A stretch of 64,000 nucleotides of DNA from an uncultured Spirochaetota bacterium (GCA_963734545.1 CAVTHO010000004.1:544001-608000); one strand, 5' to 3'. Positions 1 to 10,436 are shown, counted from the stretch's first letter. The notes: generated by a model not told the origin, from the sequence alone. Numbers and translations: made by a program.

Positions 1-908
1 TGCTCTCCGGCACGGTCAGCCCCCTGGTGGACCGTGAGCACAAGACCTTCCGGGCGGATGACGTGGTGCGCGACGTTCTGCGGGAGATCAGCAAGAGCAA
101 CGAGGGCGGATTCATCATCCAGGATGAGAACGCCCGGATCCAGGGAGTGATCACGCGCATCAATTTCATCTCGGACAGCCGGCTCCGGGTGGTCATGGTG
201 GACCACAACGAGGTGGGGCAGGCCGTGGACGGCATCGAGGAGGCCGAGATCGTGGAGATCATCGACCATCACCGGCTGGGCGCACGTACCACCGCGCTGC
301 CCATCACTTTCATCAACAGGGTCGTCGGCTCCACCTGCACCATCGTGGCGGACCTCTACCGCACCAGCGGCGCCACCCCTCCGGCGCGGGACGCGGGTCT
401 CATGCTCTCCGCCATGCTCTCCGACACGATCATCCTGCGCTCCCCCACCACCACGCGGCTGGACCGGGAGATCGCCGCCTGGCTGGCAGAGCTTTCCGGA
501 GTGGACATCGACGCGCACGGGGGAGAGATGTTCGCCGCCGGCGCTTCCCTGGAGGGCATGGACCCGCGCAAGATCCTCGCCCGGGACCAGAAGATCTACA
601 CCGAGGGGGACAGGCGCTTCAGCCTGAGCCAGTTCGAAACGGTCGGTTTCGGCCCCATCCTCGCCATGAAGGATGCCCTCGCCGCGGAGCTGGAAAGGAT
701 CATCGAGGTGGAGAAGTGCTCCTTCGCCTGCCTCATGATCACGGACGTTTCACGGGAATCGAGCCTCCTGCTCTGCCGCGGGGAGGCGCGCGTCCTGAAC
801 GCCATCTCCTACCCGCGCCAGGAGGAAAACCTCTTCGAGATGAAGAACGTGCTCTCCCGAAAGAAGCAGGTCCTCCCCTATTTCGTCGATCTTGTGAAGA
901 CGCTCTGA
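1..908 (+). CDS. ppaC: Mn-dependent family II inorganic pyrophosphatase with CBS domain (5'-truncated by window edge)
   Basis: VDHNE, IIDHH (DHH motif), VGSTCT, LSDT and C-terminal VLSRKKQV motifs; CBS-like segment upstream. Confidence 0.9.
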   Translation, partial: LSGTVSPLVDREHKTFRADDVVRDVLREISKSNEGGFIIQDENARIQGVITRINFISDSRLRVVMVDHNEVGQAVDGIEEAEIVEIIDHHRLGARTTALPITFINRVVGSTCTIVADLYRTSGATPPARDAGLMLSAMLSDTIILRSPTTTRLDREIAAWLAELSGVDIDAHGGEMFAAGASLEGMDPRKILARDQKIYTEGDRRFSLSQFETVGFGPILAMKDALAAELERIIEVEKCSFACLMITDVSRESSLLLCRGEARVLNAISYPRQEENLFEMKNVLSRKKQVLPYFVDLVKTL

Positions 909-914
909 CAGATG

Positions 915-943
915 TTGCGCGGCGCCGTGGCATGCCTTATACT
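915..943 (+). promoter_or_regulatory. putative sigma70-type promoter
   Basis: TTGCGC-17 bp-TATACT upstream of the STAS gene. Confidence 0.45.
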
Positions 944-984
944 GAAGCACCTTGGGTACACTGGATGAGGATGAGACACCCACA

Positions 985-1290
985 ATGATGAGTCTGAAAG
1001 AAATCTCCGCGGAAGAGATCGAAGTGGTCCTCCAGAGTCATCTCGCCCGGGAAGACATGAGCGATTTCCAGGCGTGGCTCGACAAGGCGCTCCAGGGGGC
1101 GCACGGGACAATCGCGCTGAACTTCGAAGGCGTGCAGAGCCTCAGCTCGTCCGCAATCGGAAAGATCCTCCAGTTCAAGCGCAATTGCGACGAGAAGGGC
1201 CGCAAGCTCCTCATCCGCAAGTGCAGGCCCCAGCTTCTTCAGCTGCTTCGCATGATCAAATTCGACACGCTGATCCAGATCGATCCATAG
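985..1290 (+). CDS. STAS-domain anti-sigma factor antagonist
   Basis: ~100 aa; LNFEGVQSLSSSAIGKIL matches the STAS phospho-serine loop; ATG at 985 or 988 preferred over TTG 952. Confidence 0.8.
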   Translation: MMSLKEISAEEIEVVLQSHLAREDMSDFQAWLDKALQGAHGTIALNFEGVQSLSSSAIGKILQFKRNCDEKGRKLLIRKCRPQLLQLLRMIKFDTLIQIDP

Positions 1291-1378
1291 AAGCGCCGCG
1301 CGAAGGGCGTAGCCAGGGATGGCGAGGTCGGCCGAGGCCATGGATGGCCGAAAGGCCGACCCGGCTATCCACGCGCGG
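1291..1378 (+). repeat. dispersed ~87-bp palindromic repeat, family A, copy 1
   Basis: Near-identical to 44719-44805; begins right after a TAG stop; internally deleted copy at 1422-1448. Confidence 0.85.
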
Positions 1379-1649
1379 GCCTAATTGTCTTTGGCGTGCC
1401 ATCCCACTCACGCGCTCATACAAGCGCCGCCCGAAGGGCGGCTATCCGCAGGGCGGAAGGCGCGCCGGGAGCCTACGTAAACACGGCCGAAAGGTGCCCC
1501 GCACTTGCGGGGGGGGAAAAGACTCACGCGAACCTCTGGAAACGTACAATACCATGGGTTCACGCACCGTGATCCCCACACGCTGCGGCCGCTTCGCTGG
1601 CACTATCTCCTGCAGGCTGGCAGTTGCCGCCCTCACGCACCCTGCTCGC

Positions 1650-3228
1650 CTACACGCGGCGCGCCGCCGCCATCACGTCGAATCCCGGGTCGCTGAGCTG
1701 GTCCGCCGAGGGAGGCGCGCCGTGCCGCAGAAGCCGCTCGATGGCGACCAGCTCGTGGGCCATGGCGATGGTTGCCGCGGCCTTGAGCGTTCCCCCGCGA
1801 TAGTACGCCGGCAACGAATTTGCCCTGCTCCACGACTCCCCGGTAGGCCACCTGGTCGAACTCCTTCGCGTACCCGGCGTACTTCAGGGAGAGCCCGGCC
1901 TGCCGGCTCCAGAAGAAGCTCACCTCGTCCACCCCGGGATCGCTGTCCAGCATGCAGATGGCCGCCCGCCTGCCCTGCCGCTCCGCCACCACCCAGTGTT
2001 CCACCCTGCGTGTTCCCCAGTCACGGTCCGCAACCGCGGCCATGTCGCCGGCCGCATAGATGTCGGGCGCGCGCGTCTGCATCCGGATGTCCACGGGCAC
2101 GGCGCCGGCCTCCACGAGCGAGGTGCCTGCAAGATAGTCCACCTCCGGCGTGATCCCGAGGCCGATCACCACGAAGCCCGCCTCGAGCTGCGTGCCGTCC
2201 GACAGTGTCAGTCTTTTCGCTCCGACGGCTCCCTCGATCCGGGTGGGTGTCCTGCCCATATGGAACGCCACTCCCTTCGACTCGTGAAGGGACTTGAGGT
2301 ACGCCGCCACCCTGTCACCCAGGACGCGCGCCAGGGGAAGCTCCTCGGGTGCAACCACGGTGACGGCAAGTCCCCGCTCGCGGAAGCTCCCGGCCAGCTC
2401 GAGGCCGATGAATCCCGCGCCGACAAGGGCGACACTTTTCTGCTGTGTGGCGGCCGCGAGAATGGCGCGCGCATCCGCCGCGGTGCGCAGGACATGGCAG
2501 CCCTCGCCATCGCCCCCGGGGATCGCGAGCACACGCGGGACCCCGCCCGTGGCCAGAAGCGCCCTATCGAATGAAAGGGTCTCCCCGTCTTCGAATCGTA
2601 CCGCTTTCTTCCCCGGGTCCAGGGAAACCACCCGGCGTCCGGTGAGCAGCTCGATGCCCTGCGCCGCGTAGAATTTCGGGCCCCGCAGCGGAAGCCACTC
2701 CTCGCCCGCTTTGCCCGTGATGAAGTCCTTCGACAGGTTGGGCCGGTCGTACGGACGCTCACCCTCCCGGGTGATCAACACGATCCGTCCCGCGAAGCCC
2801 TGGCGGCGCAGGGTTTCCGCCGCGGCATTTCCCGCAGCCCCCGCGCCCAGGATGACGAACACGCGCGGGTCTGACCCGAGGGGCTGCGCAGGCTTGGGGA
2901 ATTTCGGCTTCACCGCCGGGCCGACAAAGACATCGCCGTTTTCCTGTTTCACCGGGTAGGTGGGCAAGTCATTCAGGGCCGGCGGAGCAATCATCTTTCC
3001 CGTCGTGACATCCAGGCGCGCAAAGTGGCTCTTGCACACCACCTCATGTCCGAAAAGCACTCCTTTTTCCAGTTTTTCCTGGTAGTGGGGGCATTCGTGG
3101 CCGACCGCATGGACTTTGCCCTCAACCCGGACGAGAAGAATCTTCTCCTCCCCCGACTCCACGAGCACCATGACGCCCTCGGGGAGATCGGACTCCCGCG
3201 CAACCTTTGCCCACGTCGACTCGCCCAT
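1650..3228 (-). CDS. Rieske [2Fe-2S] plus FAD-dependent oxidoreductase (AIF-like ferredoxin reductase), frameshift near 1807
   Basis: CPHY..CKSH Rieske ligands, GAGAAG and GAGFIG Rossmann motifs, AAGD; RBS GGGAGG before ATG 3228; conserved C-terminus (YYRGGTLKAAA) lies in another frame and ends at TAG 1650. Confidence 0.85.
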
Positions 3229-3344
3229 GCCATGCCTCCCTTTGCCCCATAATAGGCGCAGGAGCCGGCCGGAGCAAGAGATCCGTATGTACGCCGACAA
3301 TTCTTCGTCCGATTTATGCCGACATTGACAATGGGAAGGAAAGA

Positions 3345-3369
3345 CAACTCCGCGGGGTGCCGCGGAAGG
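3345..3369 (+). repeat. left 25-bp inverted repeat bracketing the fliG-like/motA/motB module
   Basis: CAACTCCGCGGGGTGCCGCGGAAGG; 23/25 identical to the reverse complement of 7015-7039. Confidence 0.75.
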
Positions 3370-3377
3370 GAAGAGGG

Positions 3378-5394
3378 ATGGCACAAGCGAGAACCGGCTT
3401 CTTTGCCCGGCTTTTCAGGAGGCGGAGGCCCGGGGATGACTTCGAGCCGAGCCTGGCGCACGCCCTGGCGGCGACCATCCGGAAAGGGCTCCTGCGCGCT
3501 ACCGGGAAGGAGCTTCCGGCGCGATGCGCGCCGCTCTCCGTGGAGGAGCTGCAGGAAGAGCTGCAGCGGAGGACATCCGGGTGGATGAGCAGTTTTTATC
3601 AGGACTCCACTTCTCCCCGGCTGATCCTTCTCATGCCCGGACGATTGGCTGCGGACGACCGCGGCACCTTGCCACCGAGGAGGCGGGAAAAAAGGTTCCC
3701 CACATGGTTTCGACTCTCTGCGACGGAGCCGCTGATTTTCTCACGTTCGAAACCCCGGTATCGTTTCACAGGGTCCAGGACACGTATGCGCGGGGCGACC
3801 AGCAGGCGCTCATGTGGCGGACTTCCGGTACCGCGCCATTCAGGGTCGTCACCGGGGATGCGGACGGGAGTTCTTTCTACGCGTGCGTCTCGGAGGAAAC
3901 CGCCAGGGAGTTCGAGGGTTCCCTCCGGGAAAAGCACGCACAGGAGTCCCTCCGCTCCTGGCTTCGCGAGCCCCGGCCGGTCAGGCCGGCGGAGCCGCCG
4001 AAGGCCCTGAAACTGCTCGCGCCACGCGAGCTCTTCCTGGGGAATCTCTACCTGCCGCCCCGGACCGCGTGCGGCAGCGAGGTGCTGGAAACGCTGTGCA
4101 CCGCGCTGTCGGCGGAGTCCGCCGCGCGGCCGGACGGCGAGGCCCCCGGCGTCTGGGCTGCCAGCGAGTGCATGCTGGCCGATCCGATCGAGCCGAAACG
4201 TCTGGCCCACTGGTACTTCTTTTCGTGCCCCGATGCCGCCACGGCGGCGAGAACTCGTGAGACATACAAGGAGATTGCCGGGTGCCTTTTTCGGGGCGCG
4301 CTGCCGGCGCTCGGTGAGGCGCTGGGCGGCCGGCTGGAAAAGCCGGCGCTGGGACTCGACGTCAGGCCCGACCTCGGCGGCCGCACACGGTACCTTCTTC
4401 TGAGCGCCCGGATGCGGCTCGCCTCGGTCCGGATGCCGGTTGCAGTCTACATCGATGCCGCCTCGATCGGACCGCTGCTCCGAAAACACTGCGATCCCGA
4501 GGGCACTTGCCGCAACGGCGAAGGCCGCTGTCTCGGCACTCCCTCTCGCGCTCGCGCTGAACGAGCGGATCCTCGGCAGGAGATTTCACACTTTTCCAGG
4601 CCATTTCCGCGACCCGCAGCTGGGGCAGGACTTTTTCCCTTTCAGCGGCTTTTCCGACCTGGTCACCGAGCACGACCTTTCCCTCGTGCTGCAGAATTAC
4701 CTTCCGCGCGCGCTGGCCGGAAGACCGCTGCGCTGCCTGTATTCCTGGTCCGAGCAGGGAGGGAACCTGCCGGGCCGGACTTCCCCGGGTCCGGGACACG
4801 GCACGACGCGTCGTCACCCCGCACCTTTTCGACGAGGAAAAACTCTTCCGGCACATGACCCGGCAGATGCGGGACGGCTGGCAGCGCGAATCCGGGCGGA
4901 ACCTGGGGACGCGGGATGAGTATCTTCGGCTGAATCGCGACATTCTTCTTGGAATCGATCGGGCGGCGCGAATGAGGACCGTGCTCCTTTCTCCCCGCGC
5001 CCGGTTCATGCTTGCCGAGATGATCCTGCCTCCGCTGCGCGCCCGGGCGCGCAGGCGGCTGGAGGAGACATCGACGGCCGGCATCCCCTTCGCTGCGCTG
5101 CGCTCAATGAGAGTGCCGCAGGTCCAGCGGTTCCTCGCCACCCAGCCCCACCGAATGATCTGCCTCGGCCTGGTGGGCGCGGAGGCCGAGCTTTCATTCG
5201 TGCGGAAGCACGTGAGCGCCGCCCGGGCAGCGCTCCTCGAAGAGGACCTGCTCCTTGTCAGGAAACAGCTGGCCGACGGGACCGTGGAGTGGGACGAGGC
5301 CGTCCAGGCCAAGATGGAGCTGGAGAGAGCCGCGAGAAAGATGATCCAGGAGAACGCGAAAAGCGACCGCCGGGCGGCGGAAAGCAGTGAGTGA
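3378..5394 (+). CDS. large (~670 aa) protein with C-terminal FliG_C-like domain(s) and possible CheC/FliM-like N-terminal folds; split by about 3 frameshifts (~3655, ~4498, ~4760-4805)
   Basis: ORF pieces 3207-4010, 3524-4858, 4440-4919 and 4855-5394 tile into one reading; the C-terminus FAALRSMRVPQVQRFL..LGLVGA..KHVSAARAALLEEDL..EAVQAK follows the FliG_C pattern. Confidence 0.55.
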
Positions 5395-5454
5395 TATGGT
5401 CTACACAACGGCGTATCGTTATAATCAGAGACGAAAAATCGCAAGGAGTGACTG

Positions 5455-6252
5455 ATGGCCAGGAGAGGTTCGGACACATCGACGATAATTGGGGTCCTGA
5501 TCGGCGTGGGCGGCTTGGTAGTCGGGTTCACGATCGACGGAGGAAGCATCCTCTCGCTCATCGGGATCCCGGCCCTGATCATCATCGTGGGAGGAACCGT
5601 CGGCGCGCTCACCATATCCTCCAGCTTCCGGGACGTCCTGCGGATCCCCGCGCTCATCGCCCAATCGATGCGCAAGCAGGCAGGCCCGTCGCCGCAGCTC
5701 GCGCAGCAGCTCCTCGAGTTCGCCGAAAAGGCGCGCCGGGACGGGATCCTGAGCCTCGAAGACACGGTGGAGGACCTGGAGGACGAGACGCTGCGCAAGG
5801 GCCTGCGCCTGGTCGTTGACGGCACGGAATCGGAGATACTCGTGGAAGTCCTCGAGAGCGACCTTGCCATCCTCGAGCAGAGGAAGATGGAGGACGCGAT
5901 CCTTTTCGAGACGGCCGGTGGATTCTCCCCCACCATGGGCATCATCGGCACGGTCATGGGCCTTGTCCTGGTTCTCGGCCGGCTGGGAGCCGACATGAAC
6001 GAGCTGGGCCGGGCCATCGCCACGGCCTTCATCGCGACACTCTACGGCATCGGTCTTGCCAACCTGTTCTGGCTCCCCCTGGGGAACAAGCTGAAGGCGC
6101 AGATCAAGCGCTTCCGGCTGGAGAAACAGCTCATCATCGTGGGGGTCCGCTCCATCCAGCAGGGTGAAAGCCCCGCCCTGGTCAGGGAAAAGATCGAAGG
6201 GTTCCTGGAAGAGCAGGAGAAGAAAGAACTGGACGCCAACAGGGCGGAGTGA
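5455..6252 (+). CDS. motA: flagellar-type stator subunit MotA
   Basis: IIVGGT, AEKARRDGILSLE, GGFSPTMGIIGTVMGL, AFIATLYG, ANLFWLP motifs; RBS AAGGAG; TATAAT at 5420-5425. Confidence 0.9.
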   Translation: MARRGSDTSTIIGVLIGVGGLVVGFTIDGGSILSLIGIPALIIIVGGTVGALTISSSFRDVLRIPALIAQSMRKQAGPSPQLAQQLLEFAEKARRDGILSLEDTVEDLEDETLRKGLRLVVDGTESEILVEVLESDLAILEQRKMEDAILFETAGGFSPTMGIIGTVMGLVLVLGRLGADMNELGRAIATAFIATLYGIGLANLFWLPLGNKLKAQIKRFRLEKQLIIVGVRSIQQGESPALVREKIEGFLEEQEKKELDANRAE

Positions 6253-6264
6253 TCGGAGGAATCA

Positions 6265-7008
6265 ATGGCACGGAGGAAATTGCCGAGGGCGGAAGAGCCG
6301 AAGCCGGATCTGATGCGCTGGCTGCTCACCTACGCAGACATGATCACGCTGTTGATGCTCTTCTTCATCATCCTGTATTCGCTGAGCAGCCTCAACCAGG
6401 CCAAGTACACCGAGATGGCCCAGGCGTTCAACAGCGTCTTCAACGGCGGAAACTTCACGATATTCGACACGCGCAGCGCCGGGGGAGCCGGCGTGCTCCA
6501 GGGGGTCGCGGCCGGCCAGAAGCAGCAGAGCAAGCAGACCGGCAGGCTCGAAGGCCGGGGCGGGCAATCCGTGCTGAGGACCCAGGCGGTCTCTTCACTG
6601 CAGAACCTCGTCAAGGCGGGCAAGGTCAAGGTGATCCCCACGGAGAACGGATTCGCCATCTCGCTCGTCAGCGACCTGTATTTCGGGGTGGCCTCGGCCG
6701 CCCTGGGGTCCGAGGCAATGCCGGTGCTCCAGGAGGTCTCGGAGTTCCTCGGCCAGATCCCGAACTCGATAGTCGTGGAAGGGCACACGGACAGCATCTC
6801 CCCCGACAAGACGAAATGGACCTCGAACTGGCAGCTTTCCTCGGAACGCTCCCTCGCCGTGCTGCAGACCCTGGAAGATTACGGCATCCCCTCGGAGAGA
6901 CTCTCCGGCGCCGCCTACGGCAGCACCCGACCGGTGCAGTCGAATGATACGGCCGAAGGCCGGTCGTTCAATCGGCGCGTCGATATCGTGGTGGTGGAGA
7001 AGCAATAG
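6265..7008 (+). CDS. motB: flagellar-type stator subunit MotB
   Basis: RWLLTYADMITLL transmembrane segment with conserved Asp; OmpA-like domain (VEGHTD, NWQLSSERS, NRRVDI). Confidence 0.9.
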   Translation: MARRKLPRAEEPKPDLMRWLLTYADMITLLMLFFIILYSLSSLNQAKYTEMAQAFNSVFNGGNFTIFDTRSAGGAGVLQGVAAGQKQQSKQTGRLEGRGGQSVLRTQAVSSLQNLVKAGKVKVIPTENGFAISLVSDLYFGVASAALGSEAMPVLQEVSEFLGQIPNSIVVEGHTDSISPDKTKWTSNWQLSSERSLAVLQTLEDYGIPSERLSGAAYGSTRPVQSNDTAEGRSFNRRVDIVVVEKQ

Positions 7009-7014
7009 CGTAGA

Positions 7015-7039
7015 CCTTCTGCGGTACCCCGCGGAGTTG
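7015..7039 (-). repeat. right 25-bp inverted repeat bracketing the fliG-like/motA/motB module
   Basis: Reverse complement CAACTCCGCGGGGTACCGCAGAAGG, 6 bp after the motB stop. Confidence 0.75.
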
Positions 7040-7058
7040 GATGTCGAGGGGCGCCCCG

Positions 7059-7087
7059 TTGCCAAAAACGGCGGTGCGGGATATAGT
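7059..7087 (+). promoter_or_regulatory. putative sigma70 promoter of hydrogenase operon 1
   Basis: TTGCCA-17 bp-TATAGT. Confidence 0.6.
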
Positions 7088-7145
7088 CCGGATTACTTCG
7101 TAACAGAACCCATTCAGAAACCGAAATCTTTCTCACGGAGAGGGT

Positions 7146-8586
7146 ATGGGAAGAGGAGCCATTCTGCTCATCTGCGTCCTGGTCCCCCTCGCGGGGGCAT
7201 TCCTTCTGCCCCTGCTGGGTCGGATCTCGACCCGTCTGCGCAACTGGTGTGCCCTGGCCATGGTGCTCGTTTCCCTGGTCTGCTCCCTGGCCCTGGTGCC
7301 GGATGCGGCGGCGGGCAATACGATCACGTTCCAGGTCCTCGGGGCCCTCGGCATCTCCTTTACCCTGACCGCGGACGCGCTGGCGGTTTTCATGGCCGTG
7401 GTGTCGTCCCTGGTGGGCGCGCTGATCATGCTGTTCTCCTTCGACTACATCAGCCACTACGAGAACCAGAACGAGTACTACCTGATGGCGGTCCTCTTCC
7501 TGGGATCCATGATGGGCCTCGTGTTCTCCGCCAACCTGATCTTCCTCTATGTGTTCTGGGAAATCACGGGCATTGCGAGCTGGCGCCTCATCGGCTTCTA
7601 CAGGGGAAAGACGGACGTCCTGAAGGCGGACAAGGCATTCCTGATCACGGCATTCGGCGCCCTTGTCATGCTGGTCGGTATTCTGGCCGTCTATGGACAG
7701 ACCGGCACATTCGAGTTTTCCGCGATGAAAGGCACGGCCCTCCCCTGGATCGTCTCGACGCTGCTCCTGGTCGGGATGCTGTCCAAGTCAGCCACCCTCC
7801 CCTTCCATACGTGGCTGCCTGACGCGGGTGTCGCCCCTTCGCCCGTGACCGCGCTGCTCCATGCCGCCGTGCTGGTCAAGATCGGTGTCTATGTCTTTGC
7901 CCGGTTGTTCCTTTCCACCTTCCCCCTGGAGGAGCAGCTCCGCATTGCGGTCATCATCATCGCCGCGGCAAGCGCCCTGGTGAGCGCGGGGGCCGCGCTC
8001 GTCGAAACCGACATCAAGCGGATCATCGCCTACTCCACGGTGAGCCAGATTGCATTCATATTCCTCGGCCTGTGCACGGGGAATGCGCTCGGCGCGGTGG
8101 GGGCCCTGCTGTACATCCTCATGCACGGTCTTGCCAAGGCCGGGCTCTTCCTTTCTGCCGGGATCATCGAGCAGAACGCGGGAACCAAGGACATCACGAA
8201 GCTGGGCGGGCTTCTGCGGACCATGCCGGTGACCGCCGTGTCATTCCTCTTCTGCGCGTTCTCGGTCATGGGCATACCGCCCCTGGGCGGATTCATCAGC
8301 AAGTACATGGTGATCTCCTCCGCCATCGGGGCAGGACAGATCGCCCTGGGTGCCGTGTTCATGTCAGGGGCCGTCCTCACGATTCTGTATCTCTTCCGGC
8401 TTGTTCTCGAAGATATTCCTCGGAGAAGCCAGGGGAGGCGGCGCTCCCGCCGTCGAGCGCTCCCGGCTCATGGTGGCCTGCGTCGCTATCCTGGCCGCCC
8501 TCTCCCTTGCCGGCGGGTTCCTGGCCGGCTGGCCGACCCAGCTCGCGACGCTCGCCGCGCTGCAGATGCCGGGGGTGTCACAGTGA
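7146..8586 (+). CDS. hydrogenase-1 antiporter-like subunit (MrpA/NuoL family); extra base near 8400
   Basis: FWEITG, KSATLPFHTWLPDA..APSPVTALLHAA, KRIIAYSTVSQ; the true C-terminus (LFSKIFLG...) is in ORF 8350-8586. Confidence 0.85.
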
Positions 8587-10436
8587 ACAGCTCACTCCTG
8601 ATCGTTCCCATCGCGCTTCCCGCGGCCGCGGCGCTCATCGCCCTTCTCCTGCCCGGCAGGAGAGCGCGCTGGATAACCTCCCTCGTGGCGGTCGCCGCCT
8701 CCACTGCGCAGGTGGCAATCGCCATCGTGCTCTTTCCCACGGACACGAGCTTCACCGTCCCATGGCTCGGCTACGGGATCGAGTTCAGCCTGAGACTGAC
8801 CCGGATGAGCGCCTTCATCCTGCTGGCGATAGCCGGGTTCTCGTTCCTCGTTTCCCTGTACGCGAGCGCCTCGATGGCAGGCGCCCCCTCCACGCGCAGC
8901 TTCTTCGCATGGATGCTCCTGACGGCAGGGATGGCCAGCGGGGCCGTCCTGGCAGACAACCTCGTCCTCCTCGTTGTCTTCTGGGAAGGGCTCCTGCTCA
9001 CGCAGTTCGGCATGATCGTGGCGGGCAGGAAACGCGCGTACGGCACGGCGATCAAGGCATTCATCATCGTCGGCGTCACGGACCTCTGCATGATGCTGGG
9101 CGTGATGCTCACCAGCCGGCTCGCCGGCACCCTTGCCCTGTCGGCAATCAGGCTGCCGGTGGACGGGGTCGGCGGCGCGGCGTTCATCCTGCTGATGATC
9201 GGCGGCCTGGGCAAGGCCGGCGCCATGCCGTTTCACAGCTGGATACCGGACGCGGCCCTCGATGCGCCGCTGCCGTTCATGGCAATCCTCCCTGCCAGCA
9301 TCGACAAGCTGCTGGGCATCTATTTCCTGGCCCGGATTTCACTGGACCTTTTTGCCCTTGCGCCCGGCACGTGGGTGTCCACGGTTCTCATGGTCGTGGG
9401 AGCGGCAACGATCATCCTGGCAGTCCTCATGGCGCTCATTCAGAAGGACTACAAGCGCCTGCTCTCCTATCATGCCATCAGCCAGGTGGGCTACATGGTC
9501 CTGGGCATCGGCACGGCGCTGCCCATCGGGATCGTGGGCGGCCTGTTCCACATGATCAATCACGCGATGTACAAGTCCTGCCTCTTCCTCACCGGAGGCG
9601 CGGTGGAGAAGCAGGCCGGCACCACGGATCTGGAGAAGCTCGGCGGCCTGGGGCGCGCCATGCCGGTGACGCTCATCTGCTTCATCGTGGCCGCCGCCTC
9701 GATCTCCGGGGTGCCGCCCTTCAACGGGTTCTTCTCGAAAGAAATGGTATATGACGCGGCCCTGGAAAGCGGCTGGCAGTACTATGCAATTGCTCTCCTG
9801 GGCTCGTTCTTCACGGCTGCCTCGTTCCTCAAGCTGGGCCACGCGGCCTTCTTCGGAAAACGCTCCGAGGAGAATCGCCTGGTGCGGGAAGCGCCGCTGC
9901 CCATGCTGATCCCCATGATCGTCCTCGCGGGACTCTGCGTCCTGTTCGGGCTGGGAAACAGTCTCCCGCTGGCCGGTCTCATCCAGCCCGCGGTCGGGAG
10001 CGCGGTGACCGGAGGCCACAGCTTCGCGGGATTCCCTGCCAGCAGCACGCTCGTCGGGCTGACGGTGGCGGCGCTCCTGCTCGCGGTCCTCAACCACTGG
10101 TACGGGGTCAGGAAGACGGGGCGCGGCCTGGGGGCGGCGGATCATATTCACAACGCCGCGGTGGTTTCTTCCGTGTACTCCGTGGCCGAGGCAGGGCGCC
10201 TGGATCCGTACCGCATCGGCCGATCAATCATGAAGGGTGCCTCGGCTCTCCTGTATGGCGTTGACCGGGCAATCGACTGGGTCTACCAGATCCTTGCCGT
10301 GAAAACGGCGGAGGGGATCTCGTGGGTCGCGCGCCGCGCGCACAGCGGCAACGTCAACCGCTACGTGCTCTGGTCCCTTGCGGGCGCCGCCGTGGTCGTC
10401 ATCTGCGCAATCGCATTGGTCGGAGGGGCACGATGA
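8583..10436 (+). CDS. hydrogenase-1 antiporter-like subunit (MrpA/NuoL-like, extended C-terminus)
   Basis: GTG overlapping the upstream stop (GTGA); FWEG, KAGAMPFHSWIPDA, KRLLSYHAISQ, PPFNGFFSKE. Confidence 0.85.
   Translation: MNSSLLIVPIALPAAAALIALLLPGRRARWITSLVAVAASTAQVAIAIVLFPTDTSFTVPWLGYGIEFSLRLTRMSAFILLAIAGFSFLVSLYASASMAGAPSTRSFFAWMLLTAGMASGAVLADNLVLLVVFWEGLLLTQFGMIVAGRKRAYGTAIKAFIIVGVTDLCMMLGVMLTSRLAGTLALSAIRLPVDGVGGAAFILLMIGGLGKAGAMPFHSWIPDAALDAPLPFMAILPASIDKLLGIYFLARISLDLFALAPGTWVSTVLMVVGAATIILAVLMALIQKDYKRLLSYHAISQVGYMVLGIGTALPIGIVGGLFHMINHAMYKSCLFLTGGAVEKQAGTTDLEKLGGLGRAMPVTLICFIVAAASISGVPPFNGFFSKEMVYDAALESGWQYYAIALLGSFFTAASFLKLGHAAFFGKRSEENRLVREAPLPMLIPMIVLAGLCVLFGLGNSLPLAGLIQPAVGSAVTGGHSFAGFPASSTLVGLTVAALLLAVLNHWYGVRKTGRGLGAADHIHNAAVVSSVYSVAEAGRLDPYRIGRSIMKGASALLYGVDRAIDWVYQILAVKTAEGISWVARRAHSGNVNRYVLWSLAGAAVVVICAIALVGGAR

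Noticed and set aside
1074-2153. 359-aa ORF spanning the repeat region
   Set aside because: Arg/Pro-rich, overlaps two real genes and crosses repeat DNA
6313-6380. Assigning MotB as Na+- or H+-specific
   Set aside because: The diagnostic TM position is Ile, neither the Val nor the Leu of the characterised Bacillus types
5455-7008. Zorya ZorAB anti-phage system
   Set aside because: MotA is 265 aa with no long cytoplasmic tail, has flagellar-type motifs, and no helicase or nuclease genes are adjacent
7146-10436. 1096-aa fused double-antiporter protein in the ORF track
   Set aside because: One extra base near 8400 explains it; the proper hydrophobic C-terminus is in another frame and ends in a GTGA overlap with the next gene
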